A DNA stretch of 64,000 bases from Armatimonadota bacterium (lineage in GTDB: Bacteria > Armatimonadota > Chthonomonadetes > Chthonomonadales > CAJBBX01): contig JAPLCQ010000094.1 in assembly GCA_026392115.1 (NCBI GenBank), positions 22,788-86,787 on the forward strand. Direction: 5' to 3'. The position numbers were made by a program, and so were the translations under genes. Positions within the stretch are counted from its first letter, which is position 1. The number at the start of each line of letters is the position of its first letter. This document shows, piece by piece, positions 39,063 through 48,739 of the stretch. Under the pieces are notes generated by a model. It ran no database searches and was not told the origin of the DNA. It was given only the letters and a program-made list of their open reading frames with translations.

Positions 39063-40153
39063 TGTCGGCGCGACGCTCAGGCCTGACCGCCCTTATCCGT
39101 GCGGAGCAGTGGTGGGCGTTCAAGGGCCCGCCCGTGCTCATGGCGGTCTACGCGGTGGCGTTGCAGGCGCGGCTCTCGACCCCGGCGGTCTGGCAGGCGG
39201 CCGGCTGGCTCGTGGCCTCGCTGGCGCCCGCCGCCGCCTACGCCAACCTTCTAAACGACTGGACCGACATCGCGCAGGATGCGCGCGCCGGCAAGTCCAA
39301 CCGCATGGCCGGCAGGCCTCTCTGGTTCCGAGCCGCCGTACTGGGCGCGCCCCTGGCGGTCGGCGCCGCCTGCGCCTGGGCCATGCGCGGCGCCGCTCTG
39401 CCGTTGGCGCTCTACGCCGCCGTCTTGCTCGTCTTCACGCTCTACTCCGTGCGGCCGTTCCGGCTGAAGTGCCGCCGCCTTGCCGGCGTGGTCGCCGACG
39501 CCCTGGGCGCGCATCTGCTCCTCACGCTGTTCGCGCTGGCGTGGGTGGAGCACACCACAGGGGTCAGGGCCCCGGCGCCGCTCGCGGCCTGCCTCTGCGC
39601 CGTGAGCCTGCTCTCGGGCCTGCGCGGCATCCTGACACACCAGTTGCTTGATCGCGATGCCGACCGCCGCGGCGCCGTCGCCACCTTCGTCGCCGGCCAG
39701 GACCCCTGGGCCGTGCGCCGCGCCGTGGAGCGAGCGCTCTTCCCGGCGGAGGTCGCGGCCGGGCTTGCGCTGCTCGCCGCGCTGGGCCATGCTGCGCTCC
39801 TCCCGTTCGTCGCGGCCGGCCTGGTGCTGGACGACATCCGCAACCGGCAACTAGGGGTGCGCGTGGGCGCTGTGGCGTTGAGCGACCGCGACCAGCCTGC
39901 CCTGCTGGACCTATACGACCTCTGGCTGCCCGTAGGCCTCCTCTGCGCGTTCGCCGCGCGGCGCCCGGACGCGTGGTGGCTACCGGCAGCGCACCTGGCG
40001 CTCTTCCCCGGCCACGCCATCCGAGCGGGTGGCCACCTGTGGCATTTCGCACGGTGGCGACTCTACCCGCTGTTCATGGGTGCGCCCTTCGCGTCTGTTG
40101 ATAGCAGGATGTCCCGCGGGCAGCCGCACCGGCCGCCGACGGCCCAGCCTTGA
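39062..40153 (+). CDS. UbiA-family membrane prenyltransferase
   Basis: NDWTDIAQDARAGK (NDxxDxxxD); YS..PFRLK; HQLLDRDAD second Asp-rich motif; multiple TM segments. Confidence 0.82.
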   Translation: MSARRSGLTALIRAEQWWAFKGPPVLMAVYAVALQARLSTPAVWQAAGWLVASLAPAAAYANLLNDWTDIAQDARAGKSNRMAGRPLWFRAAVLGAPLAVGAACAWAMRGAALPLALYAAVLLVFTLYSVRPFRLKCRRLAGVVADALGAHLLLTLFALAWVEHTTGVRAPAPLAACLCAVSLLSGLRGILTHQLLDRDADRRGAVATFVAGQDPWAVRRAVERALFPAEVAAGLALLAALGHAALLPFVAAGLVLDDIRNRQLGVRVGAVALSDRDQPALLDLYDLWLPVGLLCAFAARRPDAWWLPAAHLALFPGHAIRAGGHLWHFARWRLYPLFMGAPFASVDSRMSRGQPHRPPTAQP

Positions 40154-40278
40154 ACGGCACGAGGCGCCCTGTCGGTAGGGTAGCACGACGATCACACTAC
40201 AGACGCAGCCGGACCGCCGTGCGCACGCCGACCGGACGTCCGCGGCGCTCGAGTACTGCACGATGAGAAGGAGGCGAG

Positions 40279-40621
40279 GTGTCTCATATCCCTGACCAAA
40301 GCAGCGGCTCCGGCCGAACCTGGGCTGATAGGCGCAGCATGGCGATGGATCGGGCGGTACGGTTCCTGGCCGCTACTCAGACAGCGGATGGCGCCTTTGA
40401 GACAGTCCGAGGCCCCTTGCCGGGTTTTGCGAAGCGGTCTCCCGGAGAGGAGCACTTCGGCACTATGTATGTGATCTGCGCGCCGGCGTTTGGCGTCCGG
40501 CTGTCGACCGCAGGACTAGGTCCCGGCCCATCCGTTGTACAACAGCTTCACGCCGGCCCTTACGACCGGGGTGGCCCTGGAGGGTTTGGCCCTTGTCGGG
40601 AGCAGATTCAGGGTGCCGTAG
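40279..40621 (+). pseudogene. Relic of a prenyltransferase/squalene-cyclase-repeat gene
   Basis: AAGGAGG RBS. One frame reads RAVRFLAATQTADGAF (QW-like). Another frame reads QD*VPAHPLYNSFTPALTTGVALEGLA, resembling the family C-terminus. Far too short for an intact gene. Confidence 0.45.
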
Positions 40622-40657
40622 CTGTACCGCGGTCGAGCAACCGAAGGAGCGCCGCAC

Positions 40658-41506
40658 GTGGCTGACCTACCCTATCTCTACTTCCTGCACATCCCCAAGA
40701 CTGCGGGCACGTCGGTCGCCGAGGTGCTTCACCGGGTGTACGGCTCGGAGCAGGTCCTGCCGGCGTACAACTGGCAGCAGCTGTCGCAGCTCCCGCGCGA
40801 CGTAATGAGCCGCTACCGATGCATCATCGGCCACCTGGGCCCTCTGCCCTACCTCCTCGCCGGCCGGCCGCTCACTACGATCACCGTACTGCGCGATCCC
40901 GTCGAAAGGGCCATATCCCACATCGAGTACGTGCGGCAGGAGATCCGCGCGCAGACGGGCAACTGCCTGGAGCATCCGGTCGCCAGGCATGTGGACCTTC
41001 CGCTGGAGGAGCTCCTGCGGGTTTCCGAGGTACGGATTGCGCTGTCGAACGCGCAGACCCGCTGGCTCGGAATGAGGGCCGACGCCTCCTACGTGGCCGA
41101 CGGTATCGATCGATCCACCGTGCAACGCCTGCATGCCCAGATACGCGAGGTGGGCGACGACGAGCTGCTGGTGCGAGCCCGGGCGCACCTCCAGTCGATG
41201 GCGGTGGTGGGCGTGGTCCACAGGATGGATGAGACGATGGCGGCTATCTGCGCCCTGCTCGGCGTGCCGGCGCCGGAGCGCACACCGCACGTCAACTCCG
41301 GCCCCATGGCAGACGGCATGACTCACCGCGTGCGCATCGGGCCGAAGATCGCCGCGGAGCTGGATAATCTGAACGCCCACGACCACAGCCTGGTCGGCTA
41401 CGCGGGGACGCTACTCGCCCAGACGATGGCTGGCGTCGCGCTTCCTACGACGCAGGTCCCCCGCCCAAGCTGGCGCAGGAGGCTGAGGCGGCTCCTCGGC
41501 CTGTAG
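40658..41506 (+). CDS. Sulfotransferase family 2 protein
   Basis: YFLHIPKTAGTS (5'-PSB); GH; TVLRDPVERAISH (3'-PB); NAHD. Confidence 0.85.
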   Translation: MADLPYLYFLHIPKTAGTSVAEVLHRVYGSEQVLPAYNWQQLSQLPRDVMSRYRCIIGHLGPLPYLLAGRPLTTITVLRDPVERAISHIEYVRQEIRAQTGNCLEHPVARHVDLPLEELLRVSEVRIALSNAQTRWLGMRADASYVADGIDRSTVQRLHAQIREVGDDELLVRARAHLQSMAVVGVVHRMDETMAAICALLGVPAPERTPHVNSGPMADGMTHRVRIGPKIAAELDNLNAHDHSLVGYAGTLLAQTMAGVALPTTQVPRPSWRRRLRRLLGL

Positions 41507-41542
41507 TGGGCGCCTGAGGCGACGGATTCCATCGGGCACAGC

Positions 41543-43246
41543 CTATCCATCCCACTGTGCGAGGATCTCGAAGGGCTGGGCCCACTGGAAGCCGTTGACG
41601 TGGTCCGACCATGTGTTGCCCACACAGAGGTCAAACACCCGGACTATGTCCCATCGGAACTCAAGGTCCAGCGGTCGCGCGTACATCACACGAAAGCCGG
41701 CCCGCTCGATCGCACCGATCGTCTCCTCCTGCGGCCATGCGTTGAACCCAAACTCCTGCATAACCTTTAAACGCAGCACTTCCGAGTGCGCCCAGGCCTC
41801 GGTGTCGCCCGGGTCGGCGGTGAGCCGCTGGTCTTTCAGGTAGAGGCACCCCCCCGGCTTCAGCACATGGCGAACACCCAAGAGGACGGCCTCGACCGAC
41901 TGCGCATAGCCGAACGACTCCAGAAAGATCACGCGGTCAAAGGACCCAGGGGCATTGAACTCCGGAAGGCGGTGGAAGTCGCCCTCCACGACGTTGATCC
42001 GATCGGCTAGCCCCGCCTCCGCCACACGCTCCACGGCCCGGCGCGCCATGGAGGCCCCAAGGGTCACGCCGGTAATGCGCACGTCGCGGTGTCGCGCCAG
42101 CCACACCGCCGGGCCGCAGATGCCGCAGCCTGCGTCCAACAACGACATGCCGTCCTGAAGTTCCATCGCGTCCATTGCGTGGAGCATATACTCATCCACA
42201 TTGGATGGCTGCAGCGCCTGAAGCATTGGGCCGTAGACCCGCTCGTACAGGGCGCAGTGCTGGTCGAAGTGGTGTGCGACGCCCTCCACCGTCGTCGGCG
42301 GCGGCCCGACTGGTGTGGGCGCCACAGGCGGCGGCGCGGGCGGCGGAACATCCGCACCACGGGCGACGCGCGGCCACGGGAAGCGCCACCATCGGCGCGT
42401 GGCCCTTCGCACCGTCCGATCAAAGAGCGCGCGGCCATGCTCGTACAGCTCACGATCGTGTGCGGTGATCTTGTCGATCGCCGCGATCTGCCCGTCTGTT
42501 AGCAACCCCGATGACCGGTAGCTTCCGCCCTTCTTGTCCCAGATCTCGTTCACATTCCGGCGCGGAGCCTGGGGCGGTGGGGCCACGCGCAGGAGCCGGC
42601 AGACCTGAGCGACGGACTGGTCCATCTGCTCGACCAGACCCACGAACTCCATTGCATCGAGCGACGCCACGGCCGCTCCGTACACGGCATCGGTGACAGG
42701 GCCCGGTGCGGCATCCCTCAACAAGACCTCGTAGCTGGCCTTGTCGGTGCGTCGGCGCACGTCCGGTACCGACAGATGCACGCCGAGGGTTCGCGACTGC
42801 AGGTTTGCTATGGTCGCCAGGAGGCCGGGACGGCGGAACAGCTCCGTCAGGTCGCCCTGCCTGGCCCGGGCCACCGCCTGTGCCGTCTCCTCATCGGGCG
42901 GCGTAGTGCCCGCGGCGTCGGCCGCATCGAGTTCACGCTCCCGGCGCCGCAGCGCATGGCCCACGAGCGAGACCAGATGCTCCAGCGGGTCGCGCAAAAC
43001 CGTTACAGTGGGGATGCTCCCGGTCAGCATGTCGGGCAACAGGGTGCCGAAGTGGCCCGAATAGCACCGGTACCCGTCGAGCTGCTCCTGGGAGAGACCC
43101 ACCAGCTCGTACCACTGGTACCCAGGTACCGTGTGCTCCTTGGGAAACGCACCGCGAATGAGCCCGCCCAGCGATGTGCCGGCCGTCTTGGGGATGTGCA
43201 GGAAGTAAATCCGCCTGTCTGGCGGGGCCGTCTCGCGTTCCAGCAT
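41543..43246 (-). CDS. Sulfotransferase fused to a class I SAM methyltransferase
   Basis: YFLHIPKTAGTS; VLRDP; Pro-rich linker; LLDAGCGICGPA; ITGVTL; GDF; SFD; VLKPGG. Confidence 0.85.
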   Translation of the reverse strand: MLERETAPPDRRIYFLHIPKTAGTSLGGLIRGAFPKEHTVPGYQWYELVGLSQEQLDGYRCYSGHFGTLLPDMLTGSIPTVTVLRDPLEHLVSLVGHALRRRERELDAADAAGTTPPDEETAQAVARARQGDLTELFRRPGLLATIANLQSRTLGVHLSVPDVRRRTDKASYEVLLRDAAPGPVTDAVYGAAVASLDAMEFVGLVEQMDQSVAQVCRLLRVAPPPQAPRRNVNEIWDKKGGSYRSSGLLTDGQIAAIDKITAHDRELYEHGRALFDRTVRRATRRWWRFPWPRVARGADVPPPAPPPVAPTPVGPPPTTVEGVAHHFDQHCALYERVYGPMLQALQPSNVDEYMLHAMDAMELQDGMSLLDAGCGICGPAVWLARHRDVRITGVTLGASMARRAVERVAEAGLADRINVVEGDFHRLPEFNAPGSFDRVIFLESFGYAQSVEAVLLGVRHVLKPGGCLYLKDQRLTADPGDTEAWAHSEVLRLKVMQEFGFNAWPQEETIGAIERAGFRVMYARPLDLEFRWDIVRVFDLCVGNTWSDHVNGFQWAQPFEILAQWDG

Positions 43247-44163
43247 CACTGTGCCGACCTGACCGGCCACGGGAGCATCCGCCACCATCGGCGCTGAGCC
43301 CGCTTCGCCTGCTTCGCGTGGATCGCGCAGCCGCGCTCGTAGAGCTCGCGGTCGCGCTGGGTAAGATTCTCAATCATCGTGATCTGGACCGTCGTCAGAG
43401 CTCCAGACTCCCGGTAGCTCCTGTGGCCGTCAATCCGTGCCGGGTTCGAGTTCTGCAGTGGGACCTCCGGCGGCTCCGGAACGCCGATGTACCTGCAGAT
43501 CAGCGCCACGGAGCTGGCCATCCGCTCCACCAGGCCCACCACCTCCATGCTCTCCAGCGACGCCACGGCGGCTTCGTAGACGGCGTCGGACGCGGGCCCG
43601 GGCGCCCACGCCGTGAGGATGGACTCATACGCCTGATCGCGGCCCTGGTCACGCAACCACGTGAGGTCGACGTGCACGCCCAGCGTGCGGGTCTGGAGGT
43701 CGACGCCAGACCGCACCAGCAGCGGGTGCCCCAGGATCGGCCCGATGTTGCCTGATCGGGCCGCGGCCAGGACCGCATCGGCCTGCGCATCGGACAGGTC
43801 GCCATCGCCCGTAGCCACCCGGATCTGCTCCCGCAACACGGCCACGGGGAAACTGATCACGTCGAGCGACCTCAGGCTGTGGGCTGCCCTGGAAACGAAG
43901 TGCTCAAGCGGATCGCGCAGCATGGTGATGGTCGGGATGCGCCCGGTCAGCATATCGGGCAGCACGGTGCCGAAGTGGCCGGCGTAGCACCGATAGCCGT
44001 TCAGGCGGCGCCGGTCCATATCCGGCAACTGGTGCCAGAAGTAGGCAGGGATGCCCTGATCCTGCGGATAGGCGTTGCGGACCAGCGATGCGACACTGGT
44101 ACCCGCGGTCTTCGGTATGTGCAGGAAGTAGATTCTGCGGTCGGGCGGGGCCAGTTCGGTCAA
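43246..44163 (-). CDS. Sulfotransferase family 2 protein
   Basis: YFLHIPKTAGTS; YAGHFG; MLRDPLEH; DRELY. TTG start with a GGAGG RBS. Confidence 0.85.
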   Translation of the reverse strand: MTELAPPDRRIYFLHIPKTAGTSVASLVRNAYPQDQGIPAYFWHQLPDMDRRRLNGYRCYAGHFGTVLPDMLTGRIPTITMLRDPLEHFVSRAAHSLRSLDVISFPVAVLREQIRVATGDGDLSDAQADAVLAAARSGNIGPILGHPLLVRSGVDLQTRTLGVHVDLTWLRDQGRDQAYESILTAWAPGPASDAVYEAAVASLESMEVVGLVERMASSVALICRYIGVPEPPEVPLQNSNPARIDGHRSYRESGALTTVQITMIENLTQRDRELYERGCAIHAKQAKRAQRRWWRMLPWPVRSAQ

Positions 44164-44186
44164 CGCGCAACGCCTCCCTCAGCGCC

Positions 44187-44220
44187 GCAAACGGCCCGAC
44201 TCAGCGGTCGGGCCGTTTGC
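44187..44220. terminator. Perfect 14-bp stem-loop downstream of rhaA
   Basis: GCAAACGGCCCGAC-TCAGCG-GTCGGGCCGTTTGC; no clear U-tract. Confidence 0.55.
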
Positions 44221-44239
44221 GATTCTGCTGCCTCTGATC

Positions 44240-45505
44240 CTACGCCCTGGCGCCGAGCACCGTGGCCTCGTAGGCGCGCACTTCGTCGAGCCACTCGGCT
44301 CCGGCGGGGACGCCCTTGCGCACGCAGTAGGCCTCCCAGACCGCGCCGAAGGGGAGGGTCTTCAGCTCTTCCTGCAAGGCCAGGCGAGTGGTGAAGTCGC
44401 CGGCGGCCTCGGCCTCGTGCAGCGTCTCCAGCGGGCGGAGCAGGGCCGCGAGCAGGGCCTTGACCATGCAGCGGGTGCCGATGGTCCAGGCCGCCACGCG
44501 GTTGATGCTGGCATCGAAGAAGTCGAGGCCGATGTGGACGCGCCGCACGCGATCAGGCAGGGAGACCTCTTCCGCAATGGCGCGGAGGTCGTCGGTCAGC
44601 GTCACCACATGGTCGCTGTCCCAGCGCACGCCGCGGCTGACGTGAAGCAGAATCTCAGGCACGAACATGAGAGCGGCGCCGATCTTGTCGACGATGGACT
44701 CCGTCGGGTGGTAGTGGCCGGCGTCGAGGCAGACGAGCTTGTTCCGGGAGATGGCGTAGCCCAGGTAGAACTCGTGGGAGCCGATGACACAGCTCTCGGA
44801 GCCGATGCCGAAGAGCTTGCCCTCGACGGCGTCGAGGTTGTGGGCCGGGTCGATTTCCTCGGCGAACATCTCGTCGAGGGACTTCAGGAGCTGGCGGCGG
44901 GGCGTCTCGCGGTCCGCCGGGGTGTCCTTGAAGCCGTCGGGAATCCAGACGTTGGTGACGGTGGGGGCGCCCAGCGCCTTGCCCATGGCGGCGCCGATCT
45001 TGCGGCAGGCGATGCCGTGGCGCACCCAGTAGGCGCGCTTGGCCTCGTCGCGGCTGCTCAGCGTGAAGCCGTCGTCGGCCAGCGGATGCGAGAAGTAGCT
45101 GGGATTGAAGTCGAGGCCCATGCCCTTGGACTTCGCCCAGTCGATCCAACCGGCGAAGTGCTCGGGGGCCACCTCGTCGCGCTCAACCTTCTTGCCGCCC
45201 GTCTCGGCGTACATGGCGTGGAGGTTGAAGCGATGGGTGCCGGGGATGAGCGACAGCGCCTTGTCGGCGTCGGCGCGGAGCTCGTCGGCGGTGCGGGCCT
45301 TGCCGGGGTAGTTGCCCGTGGCCTGGATGCCGCCGGTGAGCTCGCCGGCGCCCTCGAAGCCGCCGACATCGTCGCCCTGCCAGCAGTGGAGCGAGATCGG
45401 GATGGACGCGAGGGCCGCCATGGCCTTCTCGGTGTCCACGCCCATCTCGGCGTAACGCTCGCGCGCAAGCTCGTAGGCCTTGTCGATCTTCGTGGTATCT
45501 GACAC
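44240..45505 (-). CDS. rhaA: L-rhamnose isomerase
   Basis: [77 protein letters not shown]. Confidence 0.96.
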   Translation of the reverse strand: MSDTTKIDKAYELARERYAEMGVDTEKAMAALASIPISLHCWQGDDVGGFEGAGELTGGIQATGNYPGKARTADELRADADKALSLIPGTHRFNLHAMYAETGGKKVERDEVAPEHFAGWIDWAKSKGMGLDFNPSYFSHPLADDGFTLSSRDEAKRAYWVRHGIACRKIGAAMGKALGAPTVTNVWIPDGFKDTPADRETPRRQLLKSLDEMFAEEIDPAHNLDAVEGKLFGIGSESCVIGSHEFYLGYAISRNKLVCLDAGHYHPTESIVDKIGAALMFVPEILLHVSRGVRWDSDHVVTLTDDLRAIAEEVSLPDRVRRVHIGLDFFDASINRVAAWTIGTRCMVKALLAALLRPLETLHEAEAAGDFTTRLALQEELKTLPFGAVWEAYCVRKGVPAGAEWLDEVRAYEATVLGARA

Positions 45506-45577
45506 GTGGGTCTCCCTGGATTGCGGGACCTGGCGCGCGAACGCCATGCCCAGATTGGTTCAGCCGGACGTTCTAGT

Positions 45578-47551
45578 TTACTTCAAGGCCCCGGCGCCCG
45601 GGCCGGAGAGCAGCAGGCAACCATCGCCGAACGCGGGAAGCGCCACGCGCTCGATCGCGCCGCGCCGCACGGCCTTCGGGACGACCACCACGCCGTCGAC
45701 CAGCGCACGCAGGGCGCCCGGCGCGCGGCCGATCCACTCCAGCGCGACGGGGCCGGAAGGACCGCCCCGCGGCACGAGGCAGACGGCCGCCGACTTGCCG
45801 CGAACGTGCCGCGTCAGCGCCACTACGACGTCTGGCCGCCCGGCGATTCGCACGCGCACCCGGCCCTGCGCGGCCGCCCAGTCGCGGAGCCTCGCGCCGC
45901 CGCGCGCGAGTGCGACCGTGAGCGCGGGGCCGGGAACGGGGCCGCTGACCATGGGCGGCGTATCACTCGCGGAGCGCATCCGGTGCAACGAAGCCTGCAC
46001 CGCCATGCCGGGGTCGCCGGCCGATGCCGGCCGCAGCAGCTTGCCGCCGCCCGAGGCATAGGCGTCGAGCGCGCCGCGCACGGTCGCCGTGAGCGCCCCG
46101 CCCGGCGGCATCAGGACCCACGGGTAGCGCTTCAGGAGGCGCGGATCGGCGGCGAGTTCGTCGGCGGTTACGACGTCAACAGAGAGGCCAGCCGCCTGTA
46201 TAATCCGGTACCAGCCCATGAAGGCCGCGGGGCCGCCGGACCAGCCTCCCGGCGCGGACGGCGACGCGGCGACGTGCGGCAGGATGAGGGCGCCGTCCGC
46301 CACGCGCTCCATGCCCCGCAGCAGGTCGATCCACCGACGCGACTGCGTCACCAGGGCGCGGGTCTGCTCCAGCGGCCAGTCCGGGTGGATGTTGAAGTCC
46401 TTCGCACCGTTCCAGCAGCAGTAGGCCAGCCCCACCGCCCCCTGCTGGACGGCGGCCAGCGAGCCGCGGCTGAGGCTCTCGGGCCCGCAGAGCGTGCCGA
46501 GCCGAAAGTCCATCATGTCCAGCGCCCAGACGGTCTTCTTGTACTTGCGGACCAGGTCGATGACGGCGTCGGCGCGGACCGTATCGCCGCCCGCCATGGG
46601 AAGTTGAAGGCCGATCTCGTCGATATGGGGCGTCAGGCGCGCGACCACGTCCGGCGCCATGCCCGCCCATTGGCTATAGTCCCACTCGGCCGCATAGCCC
46701 CAGACGTGGGTCATGTAGCTGACCGTGCGGCGCAGGGCGTCGCGGCCCTTGACGATCTCGGCCAGCCTGTCGATGGCGCGGGCGACCGTCTCGCACCAGA
46801 AGAGGCGCCAGTCGGCGGCGGCGCGCTCCTCGCCGGCCGGCGGCATCCCGATGCGCCCGGTCCACGAGGGTTCGGCCAGGCCGGTGCGGGCGGCATCCCA
46901 CAGCGCCGGGAAGTCGGCCTCAGGAGCGCGGGCCTCGCCGAGGGATCGGAACGAGGCGCCCCAGGCCCGGTTGAGGCCCTCCACGGAGCCGTAGCGGGCG
47001 CCCAGCCACCCTTGGAACCGGGCCAGCTCCCGCGGGCCGCCGCGCCACGAGGGCGGGAGCCACCACTCGATGCCGGGGAAGGCGTGCGTGATGGTTCGCT
47101 GCGCGTCCTCGGCCGCGAGGAATGCCATCAGGCGGCCCAGGTGCGCCTCGACGAGGCGCTGGTAGACCGGCGAGTCGAAGGCCGGCACGCCGTCCGATGA
47201 GCCGTCCGGGGCCTGCACGGACTCGCCAGCGGCGGCGCACGCCTTCCGAACCCATGCCGGCGCGCAGTATGGGTTGCACTCCAGGATCAGCGCGATGTGG
47301 GCGCCCTGCGCACGGGCGATGGCCAACTGGCCCCGGAGCGACGCGGGGTCGAAGCGGCCCTCCACGGGCTCGAGGGCCGGCCAATGCGCCCGGGCGATGA
47401 TCAGGCCCGCGCCTGCCTCGGGCATCCGCGGCGTGCCCACGTCGACGAAGGGGTAGTGCCATATGAACCCAACGCGGGTAATCTCACCCTGGGCAGGCAG
47501 ACCGATGCACAGCGCCAGCATGGCGCCCAGAACCACCGCATGTCTGGTCAT
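45578..47551 (-). CDS. Secreted GH42-like beta-galactosidase-family protein
   Basis: Signal peptide; W..LEPVEGRFD; APAWV; FQGWL..RYGSVEGLNRAWG; DW..F; trimerisation-like DVVT..L..Y..LMP. The longer ORF-track N-terminus is antisense artefact. Confidence 0.7.
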   Translation of the reverse strand: MTRHAVVLGAMLALCIGLPAQGEITRVGFIWHYPFVDVGTPRMPEAGAGLIIARAHWPALEPVEGRFDPASLRGQLAIARAQGAHIALILECNPYCAPAWVRKACAAAGESVQAPDGSSDGVPAFDSPVYQRLVEAHLGRLMAFLAAEDAQRTITHAFPGIEWWLPPSWRGGPRELARFQGWLGARYGSVEGLNRAWGASFRSLGEARAPEADFPALWDAARTGLAEPSWTGRIGMPPAGEERAAADWRLFWCETVARAIDRLAEIVKGRDALRRTVSYMTHVWGYAAEWDYSQWAGMAPDVVARLTPHIDEIGLQLPMAGGDTVRADAVIDLVRKYKKTVWALDMMDFRLGTLCGPESLSRGSLAAVQQGAVGLAYCCWNGAKDFNIHPDWPLEQTRALVTQSRRWIDLLRGMERVADGALILPHVAASPSAPGGWSGGPAAFMGWYRIIQAAGLSVDVVTADELAADPRLLKRYPWVLMPPGGALTATVRGALDAYASGGGKLLRPASAGDPGMAVQASLHRMRSASDTPPMVSGPVPGPALTVALARGGARLRDWAAAQGRVRVRIAGRPDVVVALTRHVRGKSAAVCLVPRGGPSGPVALEWIGRAPGALRALVDGVVVVPKAVRRGAIERVALPAFGDGCLLLSGPGAGALK

Positions 47552-47689
47552 CTCGTCCGCCCTTCTTGGCCCGCAGTCGTCTGTTACCGGCGGACCGCAT
47601 GGCCGTCGGGTTCTACAAGGTCCCGAGACCCAACCGGCCTCGCGCGTCTGCGCGTGCGGGGCGCTCGCCTCAGTATGGAGGATAACTCG

Positions 47690-48610
47690 ATGAAGAAGAT
47701 GTGGCTGGCCGGCGTAGCCGGCGCATTGGCGCTCTCCAGCACGTGCGTTCTGGGACAGGGCCGCCCCGGCGGCATGATGGGGGGACCCGGCGGACCGCCC
47801 GGAGGCGGCATGGGCGGTCGGATGCGCATGCGCATGCCGATGGCGCTCAACCGCGCGCCGGTTGAGGCCCTCAAGGGCCCGCTGAAGCTCAACGACGGTC
47901 AGGTGAAGAAGCTCGACACGATCCAGTCCAAGTTCCGCGACGACGCCATGGGCCTCTTCCGCCAGGGCATGGGCGGCGGACCCGGCATGGGCGGCGGTCG
48001 GACCGGCATGGGCGGACCCGGCATGGGCGGACCCGGCATGGGTGGCGGCAGGCCCGGCATGGGCGGCCCCGGAGCCGGCGGCGCCGAGATGCAGAAGAAC
48101 ATGGACAAGATTCAGGGCATGGCCAAGAAGGCCAGCGCGGACATGAACGCCGTGCTGACGCCCGCCCAGCGCACCAAGGTTCCGGCCCTCCTGGCCGCCA
48201 TGGACGCGGCGCAGGGCGCCGGTATCCCCCTGGGTGCGGTCGGTGACCTGAACCTGACCCCCGACCAGGTGAAGAAGCTCAAGGCGGTGGGCGACGCCTC
48301 CCGCGAGAAGCAGATGAAGGCCTTCCAGGGCATGGGCCCGGGCGGCGACCGCGACGCCATGATGAAGAAGTTCACCGCCATGCGCGATGAGCAGCGCAAG
48401 GCCACATCGGCCGTGCTCAACCCGGCCCAGCGCGCGGCCGTCGCGGCCTACGAGAAGGCTCACCCGCGCCGCGGCTTCGGCGGTCCGGGTGGCCCCGGCG
48501 GCGGTCCCGGCGGACCAGGCGGACCCCGCATGGGCGGTCCCGGCATGGGTGGCCCCGGCGGACCGGGCGGGCCCCGCATGGGCGGTCCCGGAGGCGGACG
48601 AGGCCGGTAG
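47690..48610 (+). CDS. Exported LTxxQ-motif (Spy/CpxP-like) protein with GGPGM low-complexity tracts
   Basis: GGAGG RBS; MKK signal peptide; LKLNDGQ, VLTPAQR, LNLTPDQ and VLNPAQR motifs; Gly/Pro/Met repeats. Confidence 0.7.
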   Translation: MKKMWLAGVAGALALSSTCVLGQGRPGGMMGGPGGPPGGGMGGRMRMRMPMALNRAPVEALKGPLKLNDGQVKKLDTIQSKFRDDAMGLFRQGMGGGPGMGGGRTGMGGPGMGGPGMGGGRPGMGGPGAGGAEMQKNMDKIQGMAKKASADMNAVLTPAQRTKVPALLAAMDAAQGAGIPLGAVGDLNLTPDQVKKLKAVGDASREKQMKAFQGMGPGGDRDAMMKKFTAMRDEQRKATSAVLNPAQRAAVAAYEKAHPRRGFGGPGGPGGGPGGPGGPRMGGPGMGGPGGPGGPRMGGPGGGRGR

Positions 48611-48636
48611 GCCCTCGTTCCACAGCGCACGGACAG

Positions 48637-48674
48637 ACTGCGGGCTCCCGGTTCCGGGGGCCCGCCTCAGTTTT
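48637..48674 (+). terminator. Probable intrinsic terminator
   Basis: GC-rich stem GCGGGCTCCCGG/CCGGGGGCCCGC followed by TTTT, just after the LTxxQ gene. Confidence 0.5.
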
Positions 48675-48739
48675 GGGGCCGGTGAACCGGGCGAGGTGCA
48701 GGTATAATCCGTGCTTCGCCGCCCGGCGCCACACTCGCC

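Noticed and set aside
35656..44230. GCGATTC(C)TGC near both ends of the glycoconjugate block as a possible target duplication
   Set aside because: The match is short and imperfect, as expected by chance in GC-rich DNA.
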